Assembly: GCA_965200315.1 (NCBI GenBank)
Contig: OZ241362.1
Location: 1,888,001 to 1,952,000, forward strand
Source: Candidatus Latescibacterota bacterium
GTDB taxonomy: Bacteria; Latescibacterota; UBA2968; UBA8231
Direction: 5' to 3'
DNA length: 64,000 nt
Shown: one piece after another, positions 1 through 10,895 of the stretch
How positions within the stretch are numbered: position 1 is the first letter of the stretch
How the letters are laid out: the number at the start of each line of letters is the position of its first letter
Translations under genes and position numbers: made by a program
Notes under the pieces: model-generated
What the model saw: only the letters and a program-made list of their open reading frames with translations
What the model was told of the DNA's origin: nothing
Database searches by the model: none

Positions 1-826
1 GCTCGAACATCGACACCCCTTCGGGGTTGATATTGCCGCCGGCAGCAATGCCCATTCCGCCTTGGATCATCGCGCCCAAATCCGTGATGATGTCCCCGAA
101 CATGTTGTCGGTGACCACCACGTCGAACCACTCGGGGTTTTTGACCATCCACATGCAGATGGCATCGACGTGGGCGTAGTCGCGCTTGATGGACGGATAG
201 TCGGCCGCGCCGATTTCGTCAAACGCCCGCTCCCACAGGTCGAAGGCATAGGTCAGCACATTGGTCTTGCCACACAGCGTCAAGGTGTTGTCTTTGTTGC
301 GCCGCTGAGTGTATTCAAAGGCGTAGCGCAGGCAGCGCTCGACGCCTTTGCGGGTGTTGATCGACTCCTGCACTGCGATCTCGTCGGGTGTACCCTTTTT
401 GAGGAAGCCGCCGGCGCCGGCGTACAGCCCCTCGGTGTTTTCGCGCACCACCACGAAGTCGATATCCTCCGGCCCCTTGTCCTTGATCGGCGTCGGCACA
501 TTGGGGTAGAGCTTGACCGGGCGGAGATTGATGTACTGATCCAACTCAAAGCGCAGCCTCAGTAGAATGCCCTTTTCGAGGATACCCGGCTTCACGTCCG
601 GGTGGCCGATGGCCCCCAAGTAAATGGCATCAAACTGCCTAAAGTCCTCGGACGCTGAGTCGGGCAAGACTTCGCCGGTGCGCAGATAGCGGTCGCCACC
701 GAAGTCGAACTCGGCGGTCTCGTATTTGAATCCCTGCTTGGCAGCCACCGCGTCGAGTGCTTTTAGCCCCTCAACCACGACTTCAGGCCCCGTTCCGTCT
801 CCGGGTAGTACGGCGATTTTGTGCAA
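1..826 (-). CDS. leuB: 3-isopropylmalate dehydrogenase (3' end outside window)
   Basis: Hand translation from TTG at 826: [23 protein letters not shown]...; later [10 protein letters not shown] and NMFGDI motifs; SD-like GGGAG upstream; downstream of leuACD. Confidence 0.92.
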   Translation of the reverse strand, partial: MHKIAVLPGDGTGPEVVVEGLKALDAVAAKQGFKYETAEFDFGGDRYLRTGEVLPDSASEDFRQFDAIYLGAIGHPDVKPGILEKGILLRLRFELDQYINLRPVKLYPNVPTPIKDKGPEDIDFVVVRENTEGLYAGAGGFLKKGTPDEIAVQESINTRKGVERCLRYAFEYTQRRNKDNTLTLCGKTNVLTYAFDLWERAFDEIGAADYPSIKRDYAHVDAICMWMVKNPEWFDVVVTDNMFGDIITDLGAMIQGGMGIAAGGNINPEGVSMFE

Positions 827-859
827 TTATTTATCTCCCGTGTTTGAGGATAATTCGCC

Positions 860-1774
860 TTATTCAGTTAAACCTAATAGGCGTTCGAGTTCGCCGATTA
901 TTGCAAGTGCAGACTGAGCCTTCTGAGAAGGGATGTCTGTTGCTTGTCGAACTCGCTGCTGCAACCGTTCCAAGGCGGTACGTGCTCGGTCATCGGTCGT
1001 GCTTTCTTGAAAAGTCTTCAAGAACTCCCTCCAATAAACCGCCTTTATACCGCACAATTGTACATCATCGAGTTTATTTTTATATGTGTCCATCATCCCC
1101 GTGCGGGCCAAGCGGCCAAAGTTGCTACCGCCATCCGAAACAGGTTTGTCGAGGATCTGATCCGACTTGCTTGGATATGGCTCCACTCCGGCAGGAATAT
1201 CGATGTCCGTAGAAAGGCGGGTTTCCCGGACTCGTTGCCAGTGGTGATTGCGATATTCCGCAGCGTATTTTGCTGATTCGACAAATGGCTCAAACAGAAT
1301 CGGAGACCCGTTGGTGATGTTTCCCAAAACCCAAGGAACCACGACAATCAAATCTTGTTCAGCACAGGCCGCGGCGGTAGTTTGAAATCTCAAACTGGGC
1401 TCGGTTTCTTTGGCCAACAAATACCAGCCTTTAAGTTCAATACCCAATAGAGTCTCGCTGTTTGATGCTTGGCGCAAAAGAACATCGGGGAATGTTTGTG
1501 CTTGGCGTACAAAACTATACAGGGCATACTTTTCGCCCGGGTCCCACGTATTCCTCATTAGGTTCAATGTGAGTACAACTTGCTCTTCAATCGTCGCTCC
1601 GAGTACGGTATTTAGAGTATGTAGATCGGTAGCCATGACGCCGGAAATATGGGTTTCTGTACGGAAGTGGAGCGGCAGACCCGAGATAGCTTCGCGGACA
1701 TCTTTGTAAAGTTGAAAATGTTCCCAGTCGTCGGGCAATTTCCTTGTTGGGGTGCCCTGACTTCTCTCACTCAT
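860..1774 (-). CDS. putative type II restriction endonuclease (PD-(D/E)XK)
   Basis: 304 aa; TFPDVLL...GIELKGW matches PD-Xn-EXK; ATGA overlap with the upstream MTase; visibly lower GC than leu genes. Confidence 0.65.
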   Translation of the reverse strand: MSERSQGTPTRKLPDDWEHFQLYKDVREAISGLPLHFRTETHISGVMATDLHTLNTVLGATIEEQVVLTLNLMRNTWDPGEKYALYSFVRQAQTFPDVLLRQASNSETLLGIELKGWYLLAKETEPSLRFQTTAAACAEQDLIVVVPWVLGNITNGSPILFEPFVESAKYAAEYRNHHWQRVRETRLSTDIDIPAGVEPYPSKSDQILDKPVSDGGSNFGRLARTGMMDTYKNKLDDVQLCGIKAVYWREFLKTFQESTTDDRARTALERLQQRVRQATDIPSQKAQSALAIIGELERLLGLTE

Positions 1775-2820
1775 GAGGCGGCCAATCTCTCCACGGCGGC
1801 ACGGTAAAATTCGGGAATTATCTCCGCAGCATAGTACTCGCGGTCAAATTGATAAGCCACTACTGCTCCTGGACATAGACCACCAAACGGTTCCCAGATA
1901 ACGTCGCCTTTATCCGTCGAAGCTCGAATGATCAAGTCTATGAACTTCAATGGCTTCTGGCTACCGTGCAAGCTGCGGAATTTATACTTCATTTTACTGC
2001 GCACTCCCCGAATCCGCTCAGAACCACTGACCTGTGGTTCGCGCCAAACATTCGTGATGCCTATGTTGCATTTGAATTTTGCCCGTAGTTTGGCCCAATG
2101 ATGACCGGGGATAGGGTCTCTACCGTCTGCACTGAAATACGGGCACCCTTTGGGGTCGCCGTGTTCGTTTGCGTACTTGACCAATTTCACGAAGGTTTCA
2201 ACTGGCGGATAGTACCAAAGATGGTCAGCAGTAAGGTACTTTCGGGTTGCGGCATTAATCACTCCACACGCTTCATTAGCCAATCGCAAAGGTAAACCCG
2301 TGCGCTTCCATTCGCGCCGAAGCCATTCCTGCATAGTCAATGACACCCCACCCACTTGGAAGCGGGCCGCCTTGACGTAATGCACACATACCTCCGTTAC
2401 CACCGGGAATTTGCGCAGCGTGTGTGTATTGGCGTTTCCAGCAATGTGCCCGAGGCCCTTGTCCCAAACATTGCAACACCGATACTCCCAGCCGTGCGCC
2501 ACGAGGATCGGATGCACCGTCGCCCAGCCCACTTCCGTATTCCAAAACCACAAGGTGGTCGCCGGGGTAGCCCGCTCACTCCACGTCTTAACGTGTGGCT
2601 CGTACCACTCAGCCAAGGAACTCTCGGTATGGCTGTCACCGGGAAAACCGCTGACTCCATACGGGCCATCGGAAATAATGCAAGTCGGCGTTGGCCAGTC
2701 GGCATAGTGGTTTTCGGCGCGGTCAAAGTGAATAGATGCCAATCCGTGCGTGTACTGCTGACCGGCGACAGGTTCTGGTTGGCCGCGTTGCTCGGTTGGG
2801 AACAAGTGAGCCTGTGTCAT
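1771..2820 (-). CDS. N4/N6 DNA methyltransferase, beta-class motif order
   Basis: 349 aa; catalytic-like IISDGPYG near N-terminus, HGSQKP and GDVIWEPFGG (SAM motif I) near C-terminus. Confidence 0.85.
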   Translation of the reverse strand: MTQAHLFPTEQRGQPEPVAGQQYTHGLASIHFDRAENHYADWPTPTCIISDGPYGVSGFPGDSHTESSLAEWYEPHVKTWSERATPATTLWFWNTEVGWATVHPILVAHGWEYRCCNVWDKGLGHIAGNANTHTLRKFPVVTEVCVHYVKAARFQVGGVSLTMQEWLRREWKRTGLPLRLANEACGVINAATRKYLTADHLWYYPPVETFVKLVKYANEHGDPKGCPYFSADGRDPIPGHHWAKLRAKFKCNIGITNVWREPQVSGSERIRGVRSKMKYKFRSLHGSQKPLKFIDLIIRASTDKGDVIWEPFGGLCPGAVVAYQFDREYYAAEIIPEFYRAAVERLAAS

Positions 2821-2832
2821 CTTGCGCTGCCC

Positions 2833-3438
2833 TTAGTGGCCAGCGGCAAAGGCTCGAGTGTAAGGCAAGCGAGCAGCGGTCTGGCCGATCTGGTCGCCGG
2901 CGTCCAAAAGCTGACCCAGCGAGTCCCAGCTCCCCTTGAGAAATTGCTCGCGCGGGCCATCGGCAATATCGGCTGCAACTTGGCGGCCGGCCCAGCTCAC
3001 CCGCCGAGCTTCGAGGTCAATGGCCACCTCCTGCGCCGGATCGCTCTCGACCGCGTCCATCAAAGTCTGCATGTCCTCGGCCGCCACCCGCACACAAGGC
3101 AATCCCATGGCGATGCAGTTGCCAAAGAAAATCTCGGCAAAGGACTCGGCGACAAATCCCTGAATCCCCCAGCGCATTAGGGCTTGGGGGGCGTGTTCGC
3201 GCGAGGACCCGCAGCCAAAATTGGCATTAGCCAACAGGATCGATGCCCCTTGGAAACGCGCTTGGTCAAAGGGATGGTCGCCAGCCGTGCGATCATCTTC
3301 AAAGGCGTGGGCACCCAGATGCTCAAAGGTCACCGTCCGCAAAAAGCGGGCCGGAATGATGCGGTCGGTATCAATATCGGCCCCGCGCACGACCACGCCG
3401 CGGCCAGTTATCGTCTGAATCACACTCGAATTTCCCAT
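2833..3438 (-). CDS. leuD: 3-isopropylmalate dehydratase small subunit
   Basis: DIDTDRIIPARFL, NFGCGSSREHAP, SFAEIFFGN; ATG 3438 preceded by GAGGAG. Confidence 0.96.
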   Translation of the reverse strand: MGNSSVIQTITGRGVVVRGADIDTDRIIPARFLRTVTFEHLGAHAFEDDRTAGDHPFDQARFQGASILLANANFGCGSSREHAPQALMRWGIQGFVAESFAEIFFGNCIAMGLPCVRVAAEDMQTLMDAVESDPAQEVAIDLEARRVSWAGRQVAADIADGPREQFLKGSWDSLGQLLDAGDQIGQTAARLPYTRAFAAGH

Positions 3439-3451
3439 GGTGTCTCCTCCT

Positions 3452-4849
3452 CTACCCCACCAATTCCCGCACATCTGCCACCTCGCCGGCCACCGCCGCC
3501 GCCGCGACCATCGCCGGACTCATCAGCAGGGTGCGGCCGGTGGGGCTGCCCTGCCGGCCCTTGAAGTTGCGGTTGGACGACGAGGCGCACAGCTCGCGGC
3601 CCTCGAGTTTGTCGGGATTCATCGCCAAGCACATGGAGCAACCCGCTCCCCGCCACTGGAACCCAGCCTCCGCAAAGATCTCGTGCAAGCCCTCGGCCTC
3701 GGCTGCGGCCCGCACCTGCTGAGACCCAGGCACCACGAGGGCGCGGACGCTGGGGGCTACCTTGTGCCCGCGAGCTACTCGGGCGGCCTCGCGCAAATCC
3801 GAGAGCCGACCGTTGGTGCAGGAGCCGATAAACGCCACATCTACTTTGGTGCCGGCGATCCTTTGCCCCGGCGCAAAGTCCATGTACTCAAAGGCTTCTC
3901 GGACAGTGGATCGCTCGGCGTCGGCAAAAGCGTCTAGGTCGGGCAGGGCTTGGTCGATACCGACTGATTGGCCTGGCGTGATGCCCCACGTCACGGTCGG
4001 GCCGATCGCACGACCGTCTATTTGGACTAAGTCGTCGTATTCGGCGTCGGCATCTGAGGCCATGGACTCCCACCACTCGACCGCCTGCTCAAAGTTGCGC
4101 GGCGCGTGAGGCCGCCCGTTGAGATAGTTGTAAGTCGTCTGATCGGGATTGACGTAGCCGACCCGGGCCCCGCCCTCAATCGACATATTGCACACCGTCA
4201 TCCGCTCTTCGATGGACATGGCCTCAATGACTGAGCCGCCGTACTCATAGCCGTAGCCAACACCGCCATTGACCCCGAGCTGGCCGATGATGTGCAAGAT
4301 GACGTCCTTGGCATACACCCCCTCGCTCAGCGCACCGCGGATCTCGATCCGCCGCACCTTGAGCGGGTCCATGGCCAAGCACTGAGTGGCGAGCACATCG
4401 CGGACTTGGCTGGTGCCAATGCCAAAGGCCACCGCGCCAAAGGCTCCGTGCGTCGAAGTGTGGCTGTCGCCGCAGGCAATGGTCATGCCTGGCTGGGTCA
4501 GCCCCAACTCTGGGCCGATGACGTGGACTACCCCTTGGCGCTGATCGTCGATGTTGAACAGCGGGATCTCGAATTCGGCGGCATTCTGCTCGATCGCGTC
4601 CATCATCTCCTCGGCCAAGTCATCGACAAAAGGCCGCTGCACCAAGTCCGTAGGCACGATGTGATCCACAGTGGCAAAGGTGCGCTTGGGGAAGCGGACC
4701 ATAAGGCCGCGCTCCCGCAGCATCTCAAAAGCCTGAGGGCTGGTCACCTCGTGGACCAGATGCAGGCCAACGAACAACTGCGTCTGCCCAGAGGGCAACT
4801 CGCGCACGGTGTGCGCATCCCAAACCTTGTGCAACAGGGTCTTGCCCAT
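3452..4849 (-). CDS. leuC: 3-isopropylmalate dehydratase large subunit
   Basis: [50 protein letters not shown]. Confidence 0.97.
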   Translation of the reverse strand: MGKTLLHKVWDAHTVRELPSGQTQLFVGLHLVHEVTSPQAFEMLRERGLMVRFPKRTFATVDHIVPTDLVQRPFVDDLAEEMMDAIEQNAAEFEIPLFNIDDQRQGVVHVIGPELGLTQPGMTIACGDSHTSTHGAFGAVAFGIGTSQVRDVLATQCLAMDPLKVRRIEIRGALSEGVYAKDVILHIIGQLGVNGGVGYGYEYGGSVIEAMSIEERMTVCNMSIEGGARVGYVNPDQTTYNYLNGRPHAPRNFEQAVEWWESMASDADAEYDDLVQIDGRAIGPTVTWGITPGQSVGIDQALPDLDAFADAERSTVREAFEYMDFAPGQRIAGTKVDVAFIGSCTNGRLSDLREAARVARGHKVAPSVRALVVPGSQQVRAAAEAEGLHEIFAEAGFQWRGAGCSMCLAMNPDKLEGRELCASSSNRNFKGRQGSPTGRTLLMSPAMVAAAAVAGEVADVRELVG

Positions 4850-4862
4850 CTCCAAATCTCCT

Positions 4863-6398
4863 CTACACGGTCTGATGCTGTTCTTTAATGGTCTTGGCGA
4901 CTAGGCGGTTCAGCGCATCCACATAAGCCCTCGCACTCGCCTCAATGACGTCCGTTGAAACCCCCCGGCCGCGCGCCTTCTCTCCGTTATCCGACAAATG
5001 CACTGTTACCTCGCCCAGCGCTTGGCTGCCGGAGGTAATGGCGCGGATGGCGTAGTCGTCGAGCCGGGCCTCGGTGCCGCAAGCCAAGCCAATGGCCGCA
5101 TAAGCCGCATCGACCGGGCCATCGCCCCACGACGACTGCTGGACCGTTTCGTCGCCAATGCGCATCCGCACCGTGGCCGAAGGCACCGTACCGGTGCCGC
5201 TGACCGAATGCAAGTACTGGAGCTCGTAGTAGGCAGTCGTTTCGTCCGAGTCGCCGACGATCTCAATTAAGTCCTCGTCGAAGACCTCCTTCTTCTTGTC
5301 GGCCAACTCGACGAAGTCTTCGTACACCTTGTCCAGTTCCTCTTTGTTCAACTCGTAGCCCAAGACCTCCAGCCGGTGGCGCAGTGCAGCGCGTCCCGAG
5401 CGCGCCGTCAGCACGATCTCGGTATCGTCCAGCCCGACGTCTTTCGGCTCCATGATCTCAAAAGTGTCGCGCTGCTTGAGCACTCCGTCTTGGTGGATGC
5501 CCGAGCTGTGAGCGAAGGCGTTGGCACCGACGATCGCCTTGTTGGGCTGGACCGCGATCCCCATCAAGCGGCTGACCAGCCGGCTAGTGGGTACGATCTC
5601 CTCGGTTTCTACCTCGGTGTCAAAGCCGAAGTAGTCCTGGCGCGTCTTCAGCGCCATGACGATCTCTTCTAGCGAGGCATTGCCGGCTCGCTCGCCCAAA
5701 CCGTTGATCGTGCATTCGGCTTGGCGTGCGCCGTTCTTGATGGCGGAGAGCGTGTTGATTACCGCCATCCCCAGATCGTCGTGGCAGTGGACGCTGATAA
5801 TGGCACCGCCACTGTTGGGCACCTTGGCGATAATCTGCGCGATTAGGGCTCCAAACTCTTCGGGCACGGCATAACCCACGGTGTCGGGGATGTTGATCGT
5901 CGTGGCCCCCGCCGCGATGGTTGCCGCGATAACTTCGTTGAGGTAGTTGGGCTCGGTGCGAGCGGCGTCCATAGGTGAAAACTCGACATCGTCGCAGTAC
6001 GACTTGGCCTGCTCCACCGCGGCCACCGCCATTTTCAGCACCTCTTCCCGGCCCTTGCGCAACTGGCCCGCGAGGTGAATATCTGATGTGCCAATGAAGG
6101 TGTGGATCCGCGGCCGGGGCGCGTCCCGCAGCGCCTCACCTGCCCGGTCAATGTCCAAGGGCACGGCGCGGGACAGCCCGCAGATCACCGGCCCGGCAAC
6201 TTCCTGCCCAATGCGACGCACGGCCTCAAAGTCCTCGTTGGAAGAAACCGGAAAGCCGGCCTCGATAATATCGACCTTCAACCGCGCCAACTGGTGGGCG
6301 ACTTCGAGCTTTTCCTTGACTGTCAGCGAGGCACCGGGCGTTTGCTCGGCATCCCGCAGCGTGGTGTCGAAAATATATACGCGATTTGCATCAGCCAT
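4863..6398 (-). CDS. leuA: 2-isopropylmalate synthase
   Basis: [39 protein letters not shown]-terminal regulatory domain GDGPVDA. Confidence 0.97.
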   Translation of the reverse strand: MADANRVYIFDTTLRDAEQTPGASLTVKEKLEVAHQLARLKVDIIEAGFPVSSNEDFEAVRRIGQEVAGPVICGLSRAVPLDIDRAGEALRDAPRPRIHTFIGTSDIHLAGQLRKGREEVLKMAVAAVEQAKSYCDDVEFSPMDAARTEPNYLNEVIAATIAAGATTINIPDTVGYAVPEEFGALIAQIIAKVPNSGGAIISVHCHDDLGMAVINTLSAIKNGARQAECTINGLGERAGNASLEEIVMALKTRQDYFGFDTEVETEEIVPTSRLVSRLMGIAVQPNKAIVGANAFAHSSGIHQDGVLKQRDTFEIMEPKDVGLDDTEIVLTARSGRAALRHRLEVLGYELNKEELDKVYEDFVELADKKKEVFDEDLIEIVGDSDETTAYYELQYLHSVSGTGTVPSATVRMRIGDETVQQSSWGDGPVDAAYAAIGLACGTEARLDDYAIRAITSGSQALGEVTVHLSDNGEKARGRGVSTDVIEASARAYVDALNRLVAKTIKEQHQTV

Positions 6399-6424
6399 GA
6401 TGTGTTCTTTCCTAGGCTGGCCGG

Positions 6425-6540
6425 ATGAAGTGGTACAAGCGGCAGACGGTCCCCTCCAGCCGTGCAGAGACCGCCTACCGACCAAAGGTCGGGGTCGGAA
6501 CTCAACTCGCTAAGTAGGGGTTCCATCGCGCTCACCTCCT
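6425..6540 (-). promoter_or_regulatory. structured ilvC-leuA intergenic region with SD-led upstream ORF (candidate cis-regulator)
   Basis: AGGAGG-N8-ATG GAA CCC CTA CTT..., then hairpins CCGACC-TTT-GGTCGG and GGCGGTCTC...GGGGACCGTC. Confidence 0.35.
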
Positions 6541-6559
6541 CTCAAGGTTTTCCTATCTG

Positions 6560-7552
6560 TTATTTGTCGTCCAGCCAGCTCATCATCGCACGCAGCCGGG
6601 TGCCGACGGTCTCGATCAGGTGCTCGGAATCGCGGCGCTTGATCGCATTGTACACCGGGCGGCCCACTTGGTTTTCGGCCAGCCATTCCCGCGCAAAGTG
6701 GCCGTTCTGCACGTCGGCGAGAATCTGCTTCATCTCCGCTCGCGTCTGCTCGCTTATCACCCGGCGGCCGCGCGTCAGGTCGCCAAACTCCGCGGTATCT
6801 GAAATCGACGAGCGCATGTTGGCAATGCCGCCCTCGTAGATCAGATCGACGATCAGCTTGACCTCGTGCAGGCACTCGAAATAAGCGACCTCGGGCTGGT
6901 AGCCAGCCTCGACGAGCGTGTCAAACCCCGCACGGATTAGCTCGGTCAAGCCGCCGCACAGCACCACCTGCTCGCCGAATAAGTCGGTCTCGGTCTCCTC
7001 GCGGAAAGTCGTCTCAATAACTCCGGCCCGGCCGCAGCCAATCCCCTTCGCGTATGCCAAGCCGACCTCGTGCGCCCGGCCAGTGGCGTCTTGGTACACG
7101 GCCAACAGGCCCGGCACACCACCCCCTTGCTGGTACACGCGGCGCACCAAATGCCCCGGCCCTTTGGGCGCAACCATGAACACATCGACATCGGTCGGCG
7201 GCACCACCTGCCCAAAGTGGATGTTAAACCCGTGGGCAAAGGCGAGGGCATTGCCCGCTTCGAGATTGGGGCGGATATCGGCTTCGTACACGGCCTTTTG
7301 GACTTCGTCGTTGATCAGGATCACCACGATATCGCCCCGCTTGCTGGCCTCGGCCACATCGGCGACCTCCAGCCCTTCGGCCTCGGCTTCAGCGCGCCGC
7401 TGGCTACCCGCACGCAGGCCCACCACCACCTTGACGCCGCTCTCCGCCAGGTTGAGCGAATGCGCGTGGCCCTGACTGCCATAGCCGATGACGGCCACGG
7501 TTTTGTCCGCGAGCAGCTCGAGGTTGGCGTCGTTGTCGTAGAACATTTGCAT
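6560..7552 (-). CDS. ilvC: ketol-acid reductoisomerase
   Basis: [46 protein letters not shown]. Confidence 0.97.
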   Translation of the reverse strand: MQMFYDNDANLELLADKTVAVIGYGSQGHAHSLNLAESGVKVVVGLRAGSQRRAEAEAEGLEVADVAEASKRGDIVVILINDEVQKAVYEADIRPNLEAGNALAFAHGFNIHFGQVVPPTDVDVFMVAPKGPGHLVRRVYQQGGGVPGLLAVYQDATGRAHEVGLAYAKGIGCGRAGVIETTFREETETDLFGEQVVLCGGLTELIRAGFDTLVEAGYQPEVAYFECLHEVKLIVDLIYEGGIANMRSSISDTAEFGDLTRGRRVISEQTRAEMKQILADVQNGHFAREWLAENQVGRPVYNAIKRRDSEHLIETVGTRLRAMMSWLDDK

Positions 7553-7673
7553 GAAAATTCTCCTTCACTGAGGGCGTTGAGATTGTTTTATAGACATAGT
7601 TAGCTGACAGCCGGCTCGTTGCAGCGGCTTCGTCCGTTAATTGGGCTGTTAAACGTGGAACGAGGAGCGAAGC

Positions 7674-7787
7674 CTACTTGACCAGTCGGCTGATAATAGG
7701 TAGGTCGAGGAGGAGAAGTCGGAGGCGCACCCACACTGGCGTCGAGCGGACAATACGCGGGTACTGGAACGGTGCGCTCATTGGCAT
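7674..7787 (-). promoter_or_regulatory. branched-chain amino acid attenuator leader peptide (37 aa)
   Basis: MPMSAPFQYPRIVRSTPVWVRLRLLLLDLPIISRLVK*, directly upstream of ilvC; followed by complementary segments GGCTTCG/CGAAGCC and CAGCCG/CGGCTG. Confidence 0.8.
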
Positions 7788-7934
7788 TAAACCTAAGTAA
7801 TCCAAGAAGTTAGCTTGCAATACGATAAAGGGCTCAATATATGGCGTCCCAGAGGGAATGTCAAGCTATATGGCGCAATCGCCCATCCTGCCCCAATTTA
7901 CCTTGCATGTTGAATCCCAACCGCGAAATCTCTT

Positions 7935-8918
7935 GTGGCCGACACCTTTGAAATCCGCCTCGTCGCCGACGACACTGCTTGGGATGCCTTTGTCCGCCAA
8001 GCCGTCGGCGGCACGGTATTTTCCACCAGCGCGTGGCTGCGCTGTGCTGCGGCCGCCACCGGCGGTCAAGCCCTCCGCCTCGGCTGCCACCGCAACGGCC
8101 GCCTCGTCGCCGGCATCAGCGGCTTGGCTCGCCGCCGCATGGGTCTCTACCGCCTCGAAACCCCAGAGCTAACGCCCTACACCGGCCTGCTCCTCGCCCC
8201 GGTCACCGGCAAAGGACCGGCCAAAGCCGAAGCAGCCCAACATCGCGCTTGCACGCACCTGATGGACCATCTCGCCAAGCACTACGCCCGCGTCTCCCTA
8301 GTCCACGCGCCGATCATCACCGATGTGCGTCCCTTCACTTGGCAGGGCTGGAACGCGCACCTGCGCTATACCTATCGGCTGCCGCTCGGCGACAGCAACG
8401 CACTCTGGGAGCGAATCGAGCGCCGCACGCGCACCGCCATTCGCAAGGCTGAAAAACTTGGCTATAAACTGCGGCCCACCTGCGATGTCGCGCTGTTTCG
8501 GCGGCAGTACGAATCCATCTACGCCAACCAAGGCGACGGCCCCCCGGTTGCCGCCGCCTTGGCCGAGCGCTTTGTCGGTGCCGCTTTAGAGGCTGGCCTA
8601 GCCCAAGCGTACGAAATTACCTCCCCGGATGGGCCAGCCGCGATCGTCGTTTTTGTCGAGGGCTTCGACACCACCTATGCCTGGGCCGCAGGAGCCGACC
8701 CCGCTTACAACCACACGGGTGCCATCTCGCTGTTGTACTGGCAGTACTGCACCACGACCGCCCACCAGTACTTCGACTTTGTCGGCGCTAACATGCCGAA
8801 CATCGCCTTTTTTAAGCGCGGCTTTGGCTGCGACCTCGTGCCGTACTACGCAGTGGTGGGCTACAAGAGCCGCTGGGTCAAGCGCGCTTTTGGCGTACGC
8901 CAAGCCCTGCGCGGCTGA
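7935..8918 (+). CDS. GNAT acetyltransferase, FemAB/Acetyltransf_6-like
   Basis: WDAFV...TVFSTSAWL, RTAIRKAEKLG, FDFVGAN...FFKRGFG pattern. Confidence 0.8.
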   Translation: MADTFEIRLVADDTAWDAFVRQAVGGTVFSTSAWLRCAAAATGGQALRLGCHRNGRLVAGISGLARRRMGLYRLETPELTPYTGLLLAPVTGKGPAKAEAAQHRACTHLMDHLAKHYARVSLVHAPIITDVRPFTWQGWNAHLRYTYRLPLGDSNALWERIERRTRTAIRKAEKLGYKLRPTCDVALFRRQYESIYANQGDGPPVAAALAERFVGAALEAGLAQAYEITSPDGPAAIVVFVEGFDTTYAWAAGADPAYNHTGAISLLYWQYCTTTAHQYFDFVGANMPNIAFFKRGFGCDLVPYYAVVGYKSRWVKRAFGVRQALRG

Positions 8919-8924
8919 CCGCTC

Positions 8925-10895
8925 TCAATAGTGCAACTGCGTCACCGACTTAGATATTAACGCAATGGCCACCGCCGACATGCCCACCAAGCCCATCCCA
9001 CACGCATACCCAGCCAACAACACCGGCGCGTATTGCCGCCACTTTTGCGCCCCAAAGCGCGGCTCCAACCAATAGCGAGCCAGCAGAGCACCGGCCATCT
9101 CCGGGATCAGCAAATGCGGCAGGCCCCCAAGGCCGCGCACAAACCCGTACACCAGCGAAATCGGCCACCCCAACCACGACGTCACCCCCAATAGCCCCCC
9201 GGCCATCACAAAACTCCCCGCGATCCACCACCCCTTAATCGCCTGATCAAACAGCGTCTCTCCGCCCAACGTCGCCGAGTACCACAAGCACTGGCGCAGC
9301 GCGATCAGATGCCAATACGTCTGCGCGTATTGGAAGGTTGGCGAGGGAATGGGCTCCATCTGCCAGACCAACGACCAAAACACAAAGCCGCACACCAAGC
9401 TCAGCGGCAACAGCAACAACTCGGCCTTGAGGATCGATGAGAAGCGCGTCCCGGTCAGCTCCACTTCGCGGAAGAGCTGGGCGCGCCGGCCGTGGTCGGC
9501 GTATGGAATGGGCGCGAACCATATATCAATGCCTTTATAGCCGCTCAAGATAAAAGCCCCTTCGCGCAGCAGCGGAAAGCTGACCAACTGCCCGGTCAGC
9601 CCGGCCATACGCGCATTGACATACGAAATCACCGGCGTCAGCACAAAGCCAAAAAGCAGCAAAAAAATTAGCGGAAACTCGTCGTCGTCCAACAGCAACA
9701 CGCAGAGCCAAATCATGGCCAACGTCGATAGCGCGTACCCGCCAATCGCTATCCACAGCGGGAAGTCGCCCCGGCCGGCCGGCGCATCCCGCAACGGGCG
9801 AGGCCCGCCCTGACGGCGCACAGCCCGCACCGACAGCACGGCATGCACCAAGCCAATCGCGCCCACAGCCGCGCCCGCGCCAATGTACACGCTCATCCAC
9901 ACATCGATGTCGTTGGCGAAATTCGTCAGAATCGCGTCCATGCCCGGTCGCCAGTGCGTCAGCATACCAGCGTGGTAGAGAATCGGGCTGCCCAAGGCGT
10001 GGACCATGGCCGCGGTAAACGTGCCGACGACGATCCAAAACGGCAGCACCATCCCCAACAACACCAAGCCCAAGTCCGTGCCAAGGCCCAAGGGCGCGGC
10101 TGGCAAAACGTCCTCCGTAGTGCGCGTCAGGTCGATCCAAGGGATGGGCAGCAGGACGATGGGATCGCTGGCGATCAATCCGGTCAGCGCGGGCAACCCC
10201 ACGTACACCGCGCCGAACAGCAAACCAATCCCCATGCCGACCGAGAAAACCCGCCAGCGCCAGCTATCCCGCCCTTCGTCGCTCTCGGCCAGTGCCGTCG
10301 CCCCTTGCGCGGCGACCGGTGCCAACGGGAAGGGCAAGCGCTCCACATCGGACGTGACGCGGAAGAGGATGTAGCCGAGCGTGAACCACTCGACCCGCGA
10401 CAAAACCTGAGAGGCGACCAGCACGACCATTGGCGGGATCCACGCCCGGTGCAAAAAGCTGCGCCCCACCAGCGCGTCTGAACCGATCGGCGGCGCAACC
10501 CATTCCGGGATGTGCTCGGCAATGCCAAAGCCAGCCGCGGCCTGCGACTGCACGAGGTACTGGTTCCACATTAGCTGCCCAAACGGCCCCCCGGCCAGCA
10601 TGGTGCCGCCGATGACGCCGGCCAAGCCGCCGGCAATGTAGTAGATAAGGTAAATCTCTTGGCGCGTCAGCGCGGAAAAGGAGCGCCGTGCTAACTCGGA
10701 AAACAGGATGATGGTCACCCACTCGGCGGCCGCGCCGAGCGATGCGCCGGCAATCAGGCCCATGTAAATGGCCCCGGGCATCATGATAAAGCCGACGAAG
10801 AACGCCCCGGCCACAGTCCGCATGGTAAAGCCCTCGCGGAATCGCGTCGGGGGCTGCATCAGGTCGCGGTAGCTCGTTAGCTCGTTAGCCGTCAC
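8925..10895 (-). CDS. OPT-like polytopic membrane protein ('peptide transporter')
   Basis: GTG at 10895 overlaps the previous TGA (GTGA); FREGFTMRTVAGAFFVGFIMMPGAIYMGL, DVERLPFPLAPV; many TM segments. Confidence 0.7.
   Translation of the reverse strand: MTANELTSYRDLMQPPTRFREGFTMRTVAGAFFVGFIMMPGAIYMGLIAGASLGAAAEWVTIILFSELARRSFSALTRQEIYLIYYIAGGLAGVIGGTMLAGGPFGQLMWNQYLVQSQAAAGFGIAEHIPEWVAPPIGSDALVGRSFLHRAWIPPMVVLVASQVLSRVEWFTLGYILFRVTSDVERLPFPLAPVAAQGATALAESDEGRDSWRWRVFSVGMGIGLLFGAVYVGLPALTGLIASDPIVLLPIPWIDLTRTTEDVLPAAPLGLGTDLGLVLLGMVLPFWIVVGTFTAAMVHALGSPILYHAGMLTHWRPGMDAILTNFANDIDVWMSVYIGAGAAVGAIGLVHAVLSVRAVRRQGGPRPLRDAPAGRGDFPLWIAIGGYALSTLAMIWLCVLLLDDDEFPLIFLLLFGFVLTPVISYVNARMAGLTGQLVSFPLLREGAFILSGYKGIDIWFAPIPYADHGRRAQLFREVELTGTRFSSILKAELLLLPLSLVCGFVFWSLVWQMEPIPSPTFQYAQTYWHLIALRQCLWYSATLGGETLFDQAIKGWWIAGSFVMAGGLLGVTSWLGWPISLVYGFVRGLGGLPHLLIPEMAGALLARYWLEPRFGAQKWRQYAPVLLAGYACGMGLVGMSAVAIALISKSVTQLHY

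Noticed and set aside
62-565. Plus-strand ORF and similar antisense ORFs across the leu genes
   Set aside because: Shadow ORFs typical of GC-rich coding DNA; leuB is on the minus strand
828-856. Hairpin covering the leuB SD
   Set aside because: Short, bulged AT-rich stem; too weak to call regulatory
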